Shown piece by piece: positions 17,960 to 27,301 of a DNA stretch of 32,000 nucleotides (position 1 is its first letter; every line of letters starts with the position of its first letter). The stretch is from Candidatus Saccharimonadota bacterium (GTDB lineage Bacteria > Patescibacteriota > Saccharimonadia > Saccharimonadales > Saccharimonadaceae), in assembly GCA_020160975.1 (NCBI GenBank), contig JAIUPJ010000001.1, positions 930,001 to 962,000 on the forward strand. Reading direction: 5' to 3'. The position numbers and the translations under genes were made by a program. A model generated the notes under the pieces. The model searched no databases. It was not told where the DNA came from and was given only the letters and a program-made list of their open reading frames with translations.

Positions 17960-19078
17960 ATGGAAGACTTAAACATTAAACAACTCACCCTCGCAGTGCG
18001 TACTATCGCAGAGGAAAAGAACCTGCCCGAAGAGACAGTGATGGAAGTCATCGAGCAGGCAATTGCGGCTGCATGGCGCCGTGACAATGGTGAGCGCGAG
18101 CAGGAAGTGCGCGCCGAGCTAAACGTCAATGACGGTACCGCTAAGGTATATGTACAGCGTGAAGTGGTCGAAGATCCGATCAACGACGCGACCGAAATCA
18201 GCCTGGCAGACGCCAAAAAGGTCAAAAAAGACGCCAAACTCGAAGATATCATCGAGGAAGAGCACACCGTGACGAGCTTCGGCCGTGTAGCGGCACAAAC
18301 AGCCAAGCAAGTGGTGCTCCAGCGCCTACGCGAAGCTGAGCGCGAAGTAGTGCTGGTGGAGTTTGAAGACAAAATCGGCACCGTGGTCAACGGTATGGTG
18401 CAGCGCGTCGAGCCACGCGTGGTGCGTGTCGAGATCAACAAAGCGGTCGGTATATTGCCGCAGAGTGAGCAGATTCAGGGTGAATTCTACTCTGTTGGAC
18501 AGCGTATCAAGGTCTTTATCAAGGATATCGAGCGCGACAACCGTGGCCCACAGCTCATCCTCAGCCGTGGTAACGAAGCCTTCGTCGAGTATCTCTTCCG
18601 CCAAGAAGTGCCAGAGATGGAGACAGGCGCGGTCGAGATTAAGGGTATCGCCCGCGAAGCTGGTCGTCGTACTAAATTGGCCGTAGCAAGCACAGTACCT
18701 GGTGTTGATCCAGTAGGTACCTTCGTTGGTGGACATGGCACGCGTGTCAATGCTGTTATGAATGAAATCGGAGACCAGGAGAAAATCGATATCGTTACTT
18801 TTGATGACAATGTCGATACCTACATCCGCAATGCGCTTTCACCGGCTGAAGTGGTGAAAGTAGAGATTGACGAAGAGGCCAAGCGTGCTAAGGTATTTGT
18901 GAGTGAAGACCAGCAATCAATTGCTATTGGTCGTGGTGGCCAAAATGTCCGCCTGGCAAGCAAACTGACCGGCTACGAACTTGATATTGAGACTGCAGTC
19001 GCTAAGCCAGCTGAAAAGAAGCCAAAAAAGAATATCGAAGAAGGCCTCTTCGCAGCTATTGAAGAGCAAGGCGAGTAG
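17960..19078 (+). CDS. nusA: Transcription termination/antitermination factor NusA (372 aa, no AR1/AR2 repeats)
   Basis: N-terminal domain, S1 domain (VVNGMVQRVEPRVVRVEI) and KH domains (IGRGGQNVRLASKLTGYELDI). SD AAAGGAG lies 7 nt upstream. Confidence 0.95.
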   Translation: MEDLNIKQLTLAVRTIAEEKNLPEETVMEVIEQAIAAAWRRDNGEREQEVRAELNVNDGTAKVYVQREVVEDPINDATEISLADAKKVKKDAKLEDIIEEEHTVTSFGRVAAQTAKQVVLQRLREAEREVVLVEFEDKIGTVVNGMVQRVEPRVVRVEINKAVGILPQSEQIQGEFYSVGQRIKVFIKDIERDNRGPQLILSRGNEAFVEYLFRQEVPEMETGAVEIKGIAREAGRRTKLAVASTVPGVDPVGTFVGGHGTRVNAVMNEIGDQEKIDIVTFDDNVDTYIRNALSPAEVVKVEIDEEAKRAKVFVSEDQQSIAIGRGGQNVRLASKLTGYELDIETAVAKPAEKKPKKNIEEGLFAAIEEQGE

Positions 19079-19097
19079 TCACTCTTCTGCAAAAAAG

Positions 19098-19122
19098 AAA
19101 GCCTCCAGATGGGGGCCTTTTT
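19098..19122 (+). terminator. nusA intrinsic terminator
   Basis: GCCTCC 19101-19106 pairs with GGGGGC 19111-19116 (one G-T), AGAT loop, flanking A/T pairs, then a T-run at 19118-19122. Confidence 0.7.
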
Positions 19123-19134
19123 GCTGATATTGAA

Positions 19135-19195
19135 GAGGGCACCCTCTCCAGAGATTTCTCTCCGGAGGGGTGCCCTCGTGTCGCCAGTGGCGACG
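19135..19195 (-). terminator. GC-rich hairpins in the 3' region of the flotillin-like gene
   Basis: Long hairpin 19135-19177 (GAGGGCACCC...GGGTGCCCTC arms with inner AGAGA/TCTCT pairing). Second hairpin 19179-19195 (GTCGCC AGT GGCGAC). No clear U-run follows on the minus strand, so terminator function is uncertain. Confidence 0.35.
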
Positions 19196-19202
19196 AGTTG
19201 AG

Positions 19203-21191
19203 TCAGGCCTCGTTGCTCGCTTCCGCAGAGCTCGGGGTCGACTCGGTGGTGCCTTGCGGCTTGCTGGTCGTGGCCTGAGCCACGAGCAGCTGCAGCAGCT
19301 CGAGCAGGTTGCCACCACCACCGCCGCCCGTGATGAGGGTCTGCGGCATGTACGGCGTCTGGCTCTTGCTCAGTGCATCGACGACGGCCACGGCAGCGGT
19401 CTGACCCGCACCGATGGCGTCACGCTGCGCCTGGTATCCAGCCGCCTGGCCCTCACCGAGGGCTCGGGCGGCGGAGCCGTTGGCTTCACCGATGGCACGG
19501 ATCTTGGCAGCCTCACCGGCACCGAGCTCCTCCAGGACCTTGCGGTCACCGGTCGCCTTGGCCACGGCAGCTTCGGCGTTCGCCCTGTTGATCTCGACCG
19601 AGACCTGGGCGGCGGCCTTCTGCTGCTGCATGTCAGCCTGACCCTTCATCGCCTCCATGTCGATGCGCGCGTTCTCGGCGTCCTTCTGGGCGCCGTACGT
19701 CTGCTTCTTCTGGTTGGCGATTTCTCGGGTTCTGAGAACCTCGGCGAGGTCATCGGGAAGTCTGACGTCCTGGATGTAGACGCCGCGCACCTCGACGAAG
19801 TACTCGTTGAGGTACTCCTTGATGTACTCGGTGGCCTTCTGCTGAACGCTGCTGCGGGTCTGGATGAAGTCCGTTGCCGCAAGCTTGGAGAGCGTGTCGC
19901 GGAAGTAGTTGCCAACCGCGGCCTGAAGGACCTCGTTCACCAACTTGGCGATCGACTCCACCGACCCGATCACCTTGGCGGCGTTCGTGTCGGGGATGTG
20001 GATCTGGACTTGCAGTTCGATCGCGAACTCGAACGCGTCGTTCGACTTCGCAACGATGGTGCTGAGCTCCCTGTCGAGGCCGTGCTCGGACTCGACGTTG
20101 TCGGCCCAGTTGAGCTGCAGGATGCTGGTGGGGACGATGATCGGCTGGTAGATGGTCTGGTTGAGACCCTTCTTGCTGGTGCGGATCACATCCGACCAGA
20201 TGCCTTCGTGACCGGGTGCCACGATGGATCCGAACTTGTACGTCTCACCGGACTTGTCCTCAGTCGGCAGGCCGACGTACGCCTTGATGACCGCGACCTG
20301 GCCCTGCTCGACCACCAGCATGGGCTGGAGGTCGACCTTGAACAGGAAGGGGTTGATGGCGTAGTCACCCGAACGCAGCACGTCATGCTGAAGGCCTCGG
20401 CGGCCTCCCGCATCCAGGAACGCCTGGGCGTCCTGGTAGTTGTTGTGCAGTGCGTTGTGGTCGCCGAGCACCGTCTGGATGACCTCATTCGAGGAAGCGT
20501 TGGACGCCTCCAACGAGCGGATGTCATCGAAGCTACCGATGCGGCCGGCAATCGTTCCCGGCTCGAGCGGCGGACCGTCGAGCGCGGTGAGGATGCCAAC
20601 CTGGTCGGTGGGGATGGTGACGTAGTGCAGGTCCTTGCTCTGTGCGAGCTGAACCATCTGCTCGGCGTCACGGTTGACGGGTCGCCCATAGGTACCGTTG
20701 ACCGTCACCACGATGAAGGCATCGGGGTGGATGGTGTAGGTACCCGGGGTGAGCACGTGACGCTGGACGCCCTGCTGGCCACCGTTGTCGACGAAGGACT
20801 TGACGTCCTGAAAGTTGCCGTACTCGGGCTTGTAGGCCGCGCTCGTCGCTCCCGTCGGAATCGGTGCTCCCACCTGGGAGATGACGATGCCGAAGGTCTT
20901 GTCCGGGATGCTGATGATCGGCACCTTGCGGTTGCTGAACATCGGCCACAGACGAAGGTGAGGGCCGGTCGCGAGGGCACCTGGCTGGATGCCGTTCTCG
21001 CCGTTGAGCGCGATGAAGCCGTTGTTTTCGAGCGACTTCCCGCCGAAGTTCTTCGTGAGAAAGGCGTTGTAGCCCTCACGTACGAACATGAAGCTCTTCG
21101 CGAAGACGAACAGGACGATGAGAACGACCAGTCCGATCACGATGAGCATCGGTGAGATGCTGATACCAAAGGGCACGAGAGTTCCTTTCAC
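19203..21191 (-). CDS. SPFH/band-7 (flotillin-like) membrane protein, ~660 aa, in a high-GC block
   Basis: N-terminal TM (MLIVIGLVVLIVLFVFA). SPFH-like core, then a C-terminal Ala/Glu/Gln-rich coiled coil with flotillin-type repeats (AEAAVAKATG..., EAAKIRAIGEANGSAARALGEGQAAGYQAQ). The start is GTG at 21191, or GTG at 21176, which has AAAGGA 6 nt upstream. Confidence 0.8.
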   Translation of the reverse strand: MKGTLVPFGISISPMLIVIGLVVLIVLFVFAKSFMFVREGYNAFLTKNFGGKSLENNGFIALNGENGIQPGALATGPHLRLWPMFSNRKVPIISIPDKTFGIVISQVGAPIPTGATSAAYKPEYGNFQDVKSFVDNGGQQGVQRHVLTPGTYTIHPDAFIVVTVNGTYGRPVNRDAEQMVQLAQSKDLHYVTIPTDQVGILTALDGPPLEPGTIAGRIGSFDDIRSLEASNASSNEVIQTVLGDHNALHNNYQDAQAFLDAGGRRGLQHDVLRSGDYAINPFLFKVDLQPMLVVEQGQVAVIKAYVGLPTEDKSGETYKFGSIVAPGHEGIWSDVIRTSKKGLNQTIYQPIIVPTSILQLNWADNVESEHGLDRELSTIVAKSNDAFEFAIELQVQIHIPDTNAAKVIGSVESIAKLVNEVLQAAVGNYFRDTLSKLAATDFIQTRSSVQQKATEYIKEYLNEYFVEVRGVYIQDVRLPDDLAEVLRTREIANQKKQTYGAQKDAENARIDMEAMKGQADMQQQKAAAQVSVEINRANAEAAVAKATGDRKVLEELGAGEAAKIRAIGEANGSAARALGEGQAAGYQAQRDAIGAGQTAAVAVVDALSKSQTPYMPQTLITGGGGGGNLLELLQLLVAQATTSKPQGTTESTPSSAEASNEA

Positions 21192-21291
21192 TCTACGTTG
21201 GGTGTCGGGATTGACACTGAAAATAAATTATAGCATTCTTTTCTAAATTATGCAATTTTATGTCACAGAATAAATATGAAATATACGTAAA

Positions 21292-21318
21292 TTAGCACTC
21301 GCACTTGACGAGTGCTAA
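21292..21318. promoter_or_regulatory. CIRCE element (HrcA operator) overlapping the clpC promoter
   Basis: TTAGCACTC (21292-21300), N9, GAGTGCTAA (21310-21318): a perfect match to the CIRCE consensus. Promoter TTGACG 21305-21310, 17 nt, TAAAAT 21328-21333. Confidence 0.85.
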
Positions 21319-21380
21319 TTTGTGCGTTAAAATCAGAGGTGACGTGGGCGATTAATGCCCAGAAACGGAGGGCAATTACT

Positions 21381-23852
21381 ATGATGCCAGAAGATTTTGC
21401 AGAGTTTATTTCACACCTATCTGATAATGCCAAGATGAGCGTGCAGCACGCTGACGCCATCGCGCGTGGCAACGGCAGCAACTATATTGGCACTGAACAC
21501 CTGTTGCTGGGCGTGCTTGCACAAGGTTCGAGTGCAGGTGCAAAAGTCATGGCAGATGCCGGAGTGACATTGGCAAAGGCTGAGCAACTACTAGACATTA
21601 AGCCGACGCAGATTGTCGTGAGCACTGGCGCCGTAGGCCTCAGTGACACCGCATTGCTGACGCTGCGTATGGGCTGGGAGACCGCCAAAGAGTTTAATCA
21701 CGAGCACCTAGGCACCGAACATATTCTTTACAGCCTACTTCGCCAGAACACGGCGCGTGCAACTACATTGCTACGCGATGAGATGAATATCGATATCGAT
21801 GATGTCGTGAGTGAATTGGAGAGTTACTTTGACCGCATCCGTGGCGAACATGGTGATGTCGCAACTGAGCCAAAGACACGTCCGGTCAAAGGTGGTGCGT
21901 TGAGTACATTCGGGATTGATTTGACTGCTAAAGCATTGACTGGTGAGCTCGATGCGATGATTGGCCGCGCCAAAGAAACTGAACGACTAGTGACAGTTCT
22001 AAGTCGCCGCACGAAGAACAACCCGGTGCTGATTGGGGAGCCAGGGGTTGGTAAAACAGCTATCGTAGAAGGGCTCGCGCAACGAATTGTGCACGAAGAA
22101 GTGCCCGATCACCTGCTCGACAAGCGGGTGATCATGCTTGATATGGCCGCGATGATCGCTGGTACAAAGTATCGCGGTGAGTTTGAAGATCGTCTCAAAA
22201 AAGTTGTCAATGAAATCAAGAAATCGGGCAATACGATTGTCTTCATCGACGAATTACACCTTCTTGTGGGCGCGGGGGCTGCCGAGGGTAGCATGGATGC
22301 GGCCAATATCTTGAAGCCAGCCCTAGCACGCGGCGAGCTGCATATGATCGGCGCGACTACGCTGGATGAGTATCGCAAGTATATCGAAAAAGACACTGCG
22401 CTTGAAAGGCGATTCCAGACAATTATCGTTAAGGAACCAAGTCTCAAAGAGACGCTCGGTATTTTAAAGGGCTTGAAGGGTTACTATGAAAAGCATCACG
22501 GTGTGGCGATGAGCGATGATATCCTCGAAGCGGCCGTGTACATGAGTGATCGCTACGTGGCGGATCGGTTCATGCCGGACAAAGCGATCGATGTGATTGA
22601 TGAAGCCGCGGCGTTAGTGCGAGTCAAACAAGGGCACAAGCCAAGCAAGCAGCGCGAGTTACTCAAGGAGCTCAAAAACCTTAACGAGCGTATGGAAGAG
22701 GCTGTGGCGGCTGAAGACTATGAACGAGCAGCGCTCTACAAGCAGCGCGTTAGCCAGATCCAAGAAAAACTGGAAGTGGTCCGCGAGACACAAGAGCGAA
22801 AGGATGCAATTGCCCTGAGCGAGGACGACATCTCGCATGCTATCGCTGTCATGACAAATATTCCTGCAGAAAAGGTGAAAACCAACGAAGCGGCGCTCCT
22901 AAAAACACTCGAGAAACAACTCGCTAAGTACGTGATTGGCCAGGAAGAAGCGGTCACAAAAGTAGCAAAAGCGATTCGCCGCAGCCGTAGCGGGGTGGCT
23001 AGCGAAAAGCGACCGATCGGTAGCTTTGTATTTATGGGTCCAACTGGGGTTGGTAAAACAGAGCTAGCGCGGGTCTTAGCTCGAGAGGTATTTGGAAGTG
23101 CCGATGCCTTGATCAAAATTGACATGAGTGAGTTTGGCGAAAAGCACACGACCAGCCGACTAATCGGTGCGCCTGCAGGCTATGTGGGATATGAAGACGG
23201 CGGCAAGCTGACCGATAAAGTGCGACGCCAGCCATATAGTGTGATTTTGTTTGATGAGATCGAAAAAGCACATCCTGAGGTGTTTCAGTTGATGCTACAG
23301 CTACTTGAAGACGGCACATTGACAGATGCAAAAGGTCGCGCGGTGAGTTTTCGCAACACCATAATCATCATGACGAGCAATCTCGGTGCCGATAAGATGA
23401 TGAAAGAATCGACACTTGGATTTGGTGGTACGACCAGTGAAAGTAAGCTAGAAGACATCCATGCTCGCAACGCCCGCGCGACGCAAGAAGAGTTGGAAAA
23501 GTTTATGCGCCCAGAGCTCATTAATCGTCTAGACGGCGTCGTCACTTTCCGGGCCTTGACTCGCCCTGAAGTCGGGAAGATATTTGATCTACTGGTCGAA
23601 GAGCTTCGCCAGAGGCTGGTGCGACAAAGTATCGGCATTCACGTGACGCCTGCAGCCAAAAAGTATTTGATCGGCAAGGGGTACAGTACGAAATTTGGCG
23701 CTCGTCCACTGAGGCGGACAATTGAGGACGAACTAGAGCATCGCATTGCTGAGGGAATATTGGGTTCTGAGTACCAAAAAGGCGCTATACTAGAAGTACG
23801 AATCGACAAGGGAGTGCTCCAGATTGAACCAAGAAACGAATCTGACAAGTAA
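21381..23852 (+). CDS. clpC: ATP-dependent Clp protease ATP-binding subunit, ClpC type (823 aa from ATG 21381)
   Basis: Two Clp_N repeats ([20 protein letters not shown]). Walker A GEPGVGKT and GPTGVGKT. Short middle domain with a UVR-like [15 protein letters not shown] tripeptide in the ClpP-docking position. SD GGAGGG lies 8-9 nt before ATG 21381. Confidence 0.93.
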   Translation: MMPEDFAEFISHLSDNAKMSVQHADAIARGNGSNYIGTEHLLLGVLAQGSSAGAKVMADAGVTLAKAEQLLDIKPTQIVVSTGAVGLSDTALLTLRMGWETAKEFNHEHLGTEHILYSLLRQNTARATTLLRDEMNIDIDDVVSELESYFDRIRGEHGDVATEPKTRPVKGGALSTFGIDLTAKALTGELDAMIGRAKETERLVTVLSRRTKNNPVLIGEPGVGKTAIVEGLAQRIVHEEVPDHLLDKRVIMLDMAAMIAGTKYRGEFEDRLKKVVNEIKKSGNTIVFIDELHLLVGAGAAEGSMDAANILKPALARGELHMIGATTLDEYRKYIEKDTALERRFQTIIVKEPSLKETLGILKGLKGYYEKHHGVAMSDDILEAAVYMSDRYVADRFMPDKAIDVIDEAAALVRVKQGHKPSKQRELLKELKNLNERMEEAVAAEDYERAALYKQRVSQIQEKLEVVRETQERKDAIALSEDDISHAIAVMTNIPAEKVKTNEAALLKTLEKQLAKYVIGQEEAVTKVAKAIRRSRSGVASEKRPIGSFVFMGPTGVGKTELARVLAREVFGSADALIKIDMSEFGEKHTTSRLIGAPAGYVGYEDGGKLTDKVRRQPYSVILFDEIEKAHPEVFQLMLQLLEDGTLTDAKGRAVSFRNTIIIMTSNLGADKMMKESTLGFGGTTSESKLEDIHARNARATQEELEKFMRPELINRLDGVVTFRALTRPEVGKIFDLLVEELRQRLVRQSIGIHVTPAAKKYLIGKGYSTKFGARPLRRTIEDELEHRIAEGILGSEYQKGAILEVRIDKGVLQIEPRNESDK

Positions 23853-23892
23853 TACCACCGTAGTAGCACCGCCACCGCGGCGCAAGAATTAT

Positions 23893-24858
23893 ATGTGGCG
23901 TGCTGTCCTATCGGCTGCCGCAGTGCTGGTGTTGTCTGGGTGTGGGATCCTGTATGGGCAGCAGGTTGTCGATGCTATAAAAGCTAGGTTGTATCATCCG
24001 ACAGGGCAGATTGAGAGCGTCACCACGCGTCTTCAGTTGACCGACAGAGGTAGAGATATCTTCTATGCCACCAACCCTTTGGTTGAGTCAAAACAAGAGT
24101 TCAATAACAATTGCCAAAGCGAGGAACGTACAGTCGCAATCTTGGGCTGCTACTACCGTGATCGCGTGTATTTGTACGCTATTGCCAACGAAAAGCTCGA
24201 CGGCACACTAGAGGTCACAGCAGCGCACGAGATGCTGCATGCGGCATACCAGCGGTTGAACTTTTTTGAACGAGCACGAGTTGACCAATTGATAAAAACG
24301 CAATATGCCGCGCTGAAAGACGACGCTTCTCTGAAAGAGATTATGCAGTATTATCAGCAAGCGGAACCGGGGGCTGAGATCAACGAGCTCCACTCGATCC
24401 TTGGCACTACTGTGGCAACACTTGATCCCGAACTCGAGCAGTACTACAATCGCTATTTTGGTGACCGGGCATCAATAGTGGCGCTTAATGCAACGTACAA
24501 CAAAGTGTTTGGTGACATCAAAAAGCAAACCGATGAACTGGAAGCTCGCATCAAGGTTACCGAGACGAGCCTCAAGGCAGACCTCGGGGTATACGAGGTC
24601 GACAGGCGACAGGTTGAGCTGGATATCAGCAACTTTAATGAGCAAGCAAGCACCGGTGCATTTGCGACACGTAGTGCATTTAATGCCGCGCGTAGTGCGC
24701 TAGTAGCTCGTGTGGATGCGCTAAACACGCGCCGTGATGAGATTAATCAGCGAGTGGCGGCCTACAACGCAGATGTGGCGGCGATCAATAAACTGGCAGT
24801 ACAAGCGAGTGATCTCTATAAGAGTATCAATGGTGCTGAGACGACGACGGGCGTGTAG
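23893..24858 (+). CDS. Hypothetical lipoprotein with an HExxH motif and a C-terminal coiled coil (321 aa from ATG 23893)
   Basis: Signal peptide with lipobox MWRAVLSAAAVLVLSGC. TAAHEMLHAAY is a possible zinc-peptidase motif. The C-terminal third is heptad-like and Ala/Glu/Arg-rich. Confidence 0.7.
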   Translation: MWRAVLSAAAVLVLSGCGILYGQQVVDAIKARLYHPTGQIESVTTRLQLTDRGRDIFYATNPLVESKQEFNNNCQSEERTVAILGCYYRDRVYLYAIANEKLDGTLEVTAAHEMLHAAYQRLNFFERARVDQLIKTQYAALKDDASLKEIMQYYQQAEPGAEINELHSILGTTVATLDPELEQYYNRYFGDRASIVALNATYNKVFGDIKKQTDELEARIKVTETSLKADLGVYEVDRRQVELDISNFNEQASTGAFATRSAFNAARSALVARVDALNTRRDEINQRVAAYNADVAAINKLAVQASDLYKSINGAETTTGV

Positions 24859-24860
24859 AG

Positions 24861-26213
24861 ATGGCAAAAGCAAAGTCACGTTTCGTTTGTCAACAATGCG
24901 GTGCGAGTTTTCCTAAATGGACCGGCAAATGTGAGAATTGCGGCGAGTGGAACAGCCTCGTCGAGCAAGTAATCGCCTCGACAGGCAACTCGGTTGTGGC
25001 GCGGAGTTCGCATAGCGGCAAACTACTCGTGCCTCAGACGATGCGCTCGATCAGTGCCGAAGCATCGACCGCGCGACTTACAACTGGTATCGGGGACTTA
25101 GACCTCGTACTTGGAGGTGGAGTCTTGCCGGGCGGGGTTATTCTCCTTGCAGGCCAGCCGGGAATTGGTAAGTCGACGTTACTGTTGCAGGTTGCAGCAT
25201 CAATCGCTGCAAAACACACAGTGCTCTATGCAAGCGGTGAAGAAAGCGCTAGTCAAGTCAAATTGCGAGCGGCGCGGCTGGGAGCAGAAGCGGGTGATGA
25301 TTTGCATTTTGTGGCCAGCACCAGCGCCGATGACATCGCCGCAACGATTCGCAGCGGTACGTATTCGCTCGTCATTATCGATAGTATCCAGACGCTAAGT
25401 CTTGATGAAATTTCGAGCGCACCGGGAACGGTTAGTCAGATTACCAACTCCTCGAATGTGATTATCCGAGCTGCAAAAGAATCAGGTGCGGCAGTCATAC
25501 TGGTAGGGCATGTGACCAAGGAGGGTTCAATTGCCGGCCCGAAAGTGCTCGAGCATTTAGTGGATGTCGTCTTGCAGTTCGAGGGCGACCGCTACGGCGG
25601 GTTCAAAGTAGTACGCGCGATCAAAAACCGCTATGGCTCAACCAGTGAGGCTGCGATCTTTGAAATGGGTGAGCGAGGGCTTGAATTGGTGGAAAATCCC
25701 TCGGCAGCGCTGCTTGCGGAACGGCAAATTACTGACGGGTCGGTGGTGCTGGCGACGCTTGAAGGCAATCGGCCTATTCTGGTAGAAATTCAAGCACTTG
25801 TCAATCACACGAATTTCGGGTATCCTAAAAGAACAGCAAGTGGGTTCGATCTCAACCGACTTAATCTCCTCATCGCGGTGCTGGAGAGGCGCACCAAACT
25901 GAATTTATCGGATAAAGATATCTATATCAATGTCGTGGGAGGACTTAAGCTTGCTGATCCAGCTGCCGATTTGGCGGTGGCTATGGCGATTGCTAGCGCT
26001 GCCGCTGGTCGCAAATTAGGTGATGAACTAGTGGTGTTTGGTGAGGTAGGTTTGGGAGGCGAAATTCGTTCGGCACAGCTGGCCGACAAACGTATCGCTG
26101 AGGCCAAGAAACTTGGGTTCACCAGGGCAATTGCTCCTGCAGGAGGCAGAAAAGATTCATTTATAACAGGCGTGCGCGACTTGCGACACGCATTAATCGA
26201 CTACCTGAAGTAA
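24861..26213 (+). CDS. radA: DNA repair protein RadA/Sms (450 aa)
   Basis: Zinc finger CQQCG...CENCG, Walker A GQPGIGKST, KNRYG motif, Lon-protease-like C-terminal domain. The ATG lies 2 nt after the upstream stop. Confidence 0.95.
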   Translation: MAKAKSRFVCQQCGASFPKWTGKCENCGEWNSLVEQVIASTGNSVVARSSHSGKLLVPQTMRSISAEASTARLTTGIGDLDLVLGGGVLPGGVILLAGQPGIGKSTLLLQVAASIAAKHTVLYASGEESASQVKLRAARLGAEAGDDLHFVASTSADDIAATIRSGTYSLVIIDSIQTLSLDEISSAPGTVSQITNSSNVIIRAAKESGAAVILVGHVTKEGSIAGPKVLEHLVDVVLQFEGDRYGGFKVVRAIKNRYGSTSEAAIFEMGERGLELVENPSAALLAERQITDGSVVLATLEGNRPILVEIQALVNHTNFGYPKRTASGFDLNRLNLLIAVLERRTKLNLSDKDIYINVVGGLKLADPAADLAVAMAIASAAAGRKLGDELVVFGEVGLGGEIRSAQLADKRIAEAKKLGFTRAIAPAGGRKDSFITGVRDLRHALIDYLK

Positions 26214-26302
26214 TTATCAGGAGATACGCGGAGTTCTACTTATTGGGAATTCTCTGAATGCACCTCACTGAGTGGGCTCCTGGTATCTATCGAAAGGAAC
26301 GT

Positions 26303-27244
26303 ATGGAAACAAAAGACATTATATTACTTGCTGTGACACTGCTGATACTTGGCGAAGTCACATATTTGTTGGCACGATTGCCAAAAACGTCAATTAAAGC
26401 TAAGGATCGTGCTGTGTTAGTCGATACCTCGGTGCTGATGGATGGGCGCATCACTGCTCTAGCACGAACAGGATTTATCGGCGGGACGCTGGTAATTCCA
26501 CGAAGTGTGGTTGGTGAGCTGCAGTTTTTGGCTGACAATGCAGACGCTGACAAGCGCGCCCGTGCGCGGCACGGACTCGATATCGTGACAGAATTGCAGC
26601 ATATGCCCGAAGTAGAAGTAGAATTGCTACAGGATGGTAGCCGTGCCACTGAAGGCGTGGATGAGCGGCTGCTTGCACTCGCTAAGAAGCACCAGGCGGT
26701 TATTTGTACGCTTGACTATAATCTCAACAAGGTTGCGGTTGTAGAGGGCATCACGGTACTCAATATCAATGAGCTGGCGCAGGCGCTTCGCATGGCGCAC
26801 TTGCCTGGTGAGGAATTGATGATCGAGGTCGTGCAAAAAGGTCAAGACAGCCATCAAGGCGTGGGGTACCTTCCTGACGGCACGATGGTAGTGGTTGAAC
26901 AAGCGAATAAGCTGATCGGACAAGCAGTACAGGTTGAGATTGTTCGCAGCCTCCAGACCGCTGCCGGCAAGATGATGTTTGCAAAGAGAGTTGGCGTTAA
27001 GCCAGTAGCTACCCAGGGAACAGCCGTGCTCAAGGCGGCCGTTTCATCGACGGGCGGAAGAAAGCAGGCGCAGACCACGCAACGTCAGAATTCGACTGAG
27101 CCCGAGAAACACGGACAGCAGAACCGCCGCACAAATGATACACCGAAACGCGCCTCTCAGCGACGAGCGTATCATGCCCAGCCAAAGCGGCAGAGCAGAG
27201 ATCGTGAGGATGCACTGCTCGATCTCGTGAATAACCAGAAGTAA
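26303..27244 (+). CDS. PIN/TRAM domain membrane protein, YacL-like, with a basic disordered C-terminal tail
   Basis: N-terminal TM, PIN domain (AVLVDTSVLMDGRI...), TRAM-like segment (GQAVQVEIVRSLQTAAGKMMFAK). SD AAAGGA precedes ATG 26303. The clpC-radA-PIN/TRAM order recalls the B. subtilis clpC operon region. Confidence 0.85.
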   Translation: METKDIILLAVTLLILGEVTYLLARLPKTSIKAKDRAVLVDTSVLMDGRITALARTGFIGGTLVIPRSVVGELQFLADNADADKRARARHGLDIVTELQHMPEVEVELLQDGSRATEGVDERLLALAKKHQAVICTLDYNLNKVAVVEGITVLNINELAQALRMAHLPGEELMIEVVQKGQDSHQGVGYLPDGTMVVVEQANKLIGQAVQVEIVRSLQTAAGKMMFAKRVGVKPVATQGTAVLKAAVSSTGGRKQAQTTQRQNSTEPEKHGQQNRRTNDTPKRASQRRAYHAQPKRQSRDREDALLDLVNNQK

Positions 27245-27257
27245 CGAGAAAAATAAT

Positions 27258-27281
27258 CCCCTCCGTAGAGGGGTTATTTTT
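27258..27281. terminator. Bidirectional intrinsic terminator shared by the PIN/TRAM gene (+) and the PBP gene (-)
   Basis: CCCCTC 27258-27263 pairs with GAGGGG 27268-27273, CGTA loop. An A-run lies upstream (27248-27256) and a T-run downstream (27277-27281). Confidence 0.75.
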
Positions 27282-27301
27282 AGCTAGTCGTTACTTCTTC
27301 T

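Noticed and set aside
19170-21155. 661-aa ORF on the + strand, as long as the flotillin-like gene it overlaps
   Set aside because: Its product is Leu/Arg/Gly/Asp/Val-rich low-complexity sequence with no motifs. The minus-strand frame gives a TM segment, an SPFH core and a flotillin-type coiled coil. Long antisense open frames are the expected by-product of strong GC3 bias.
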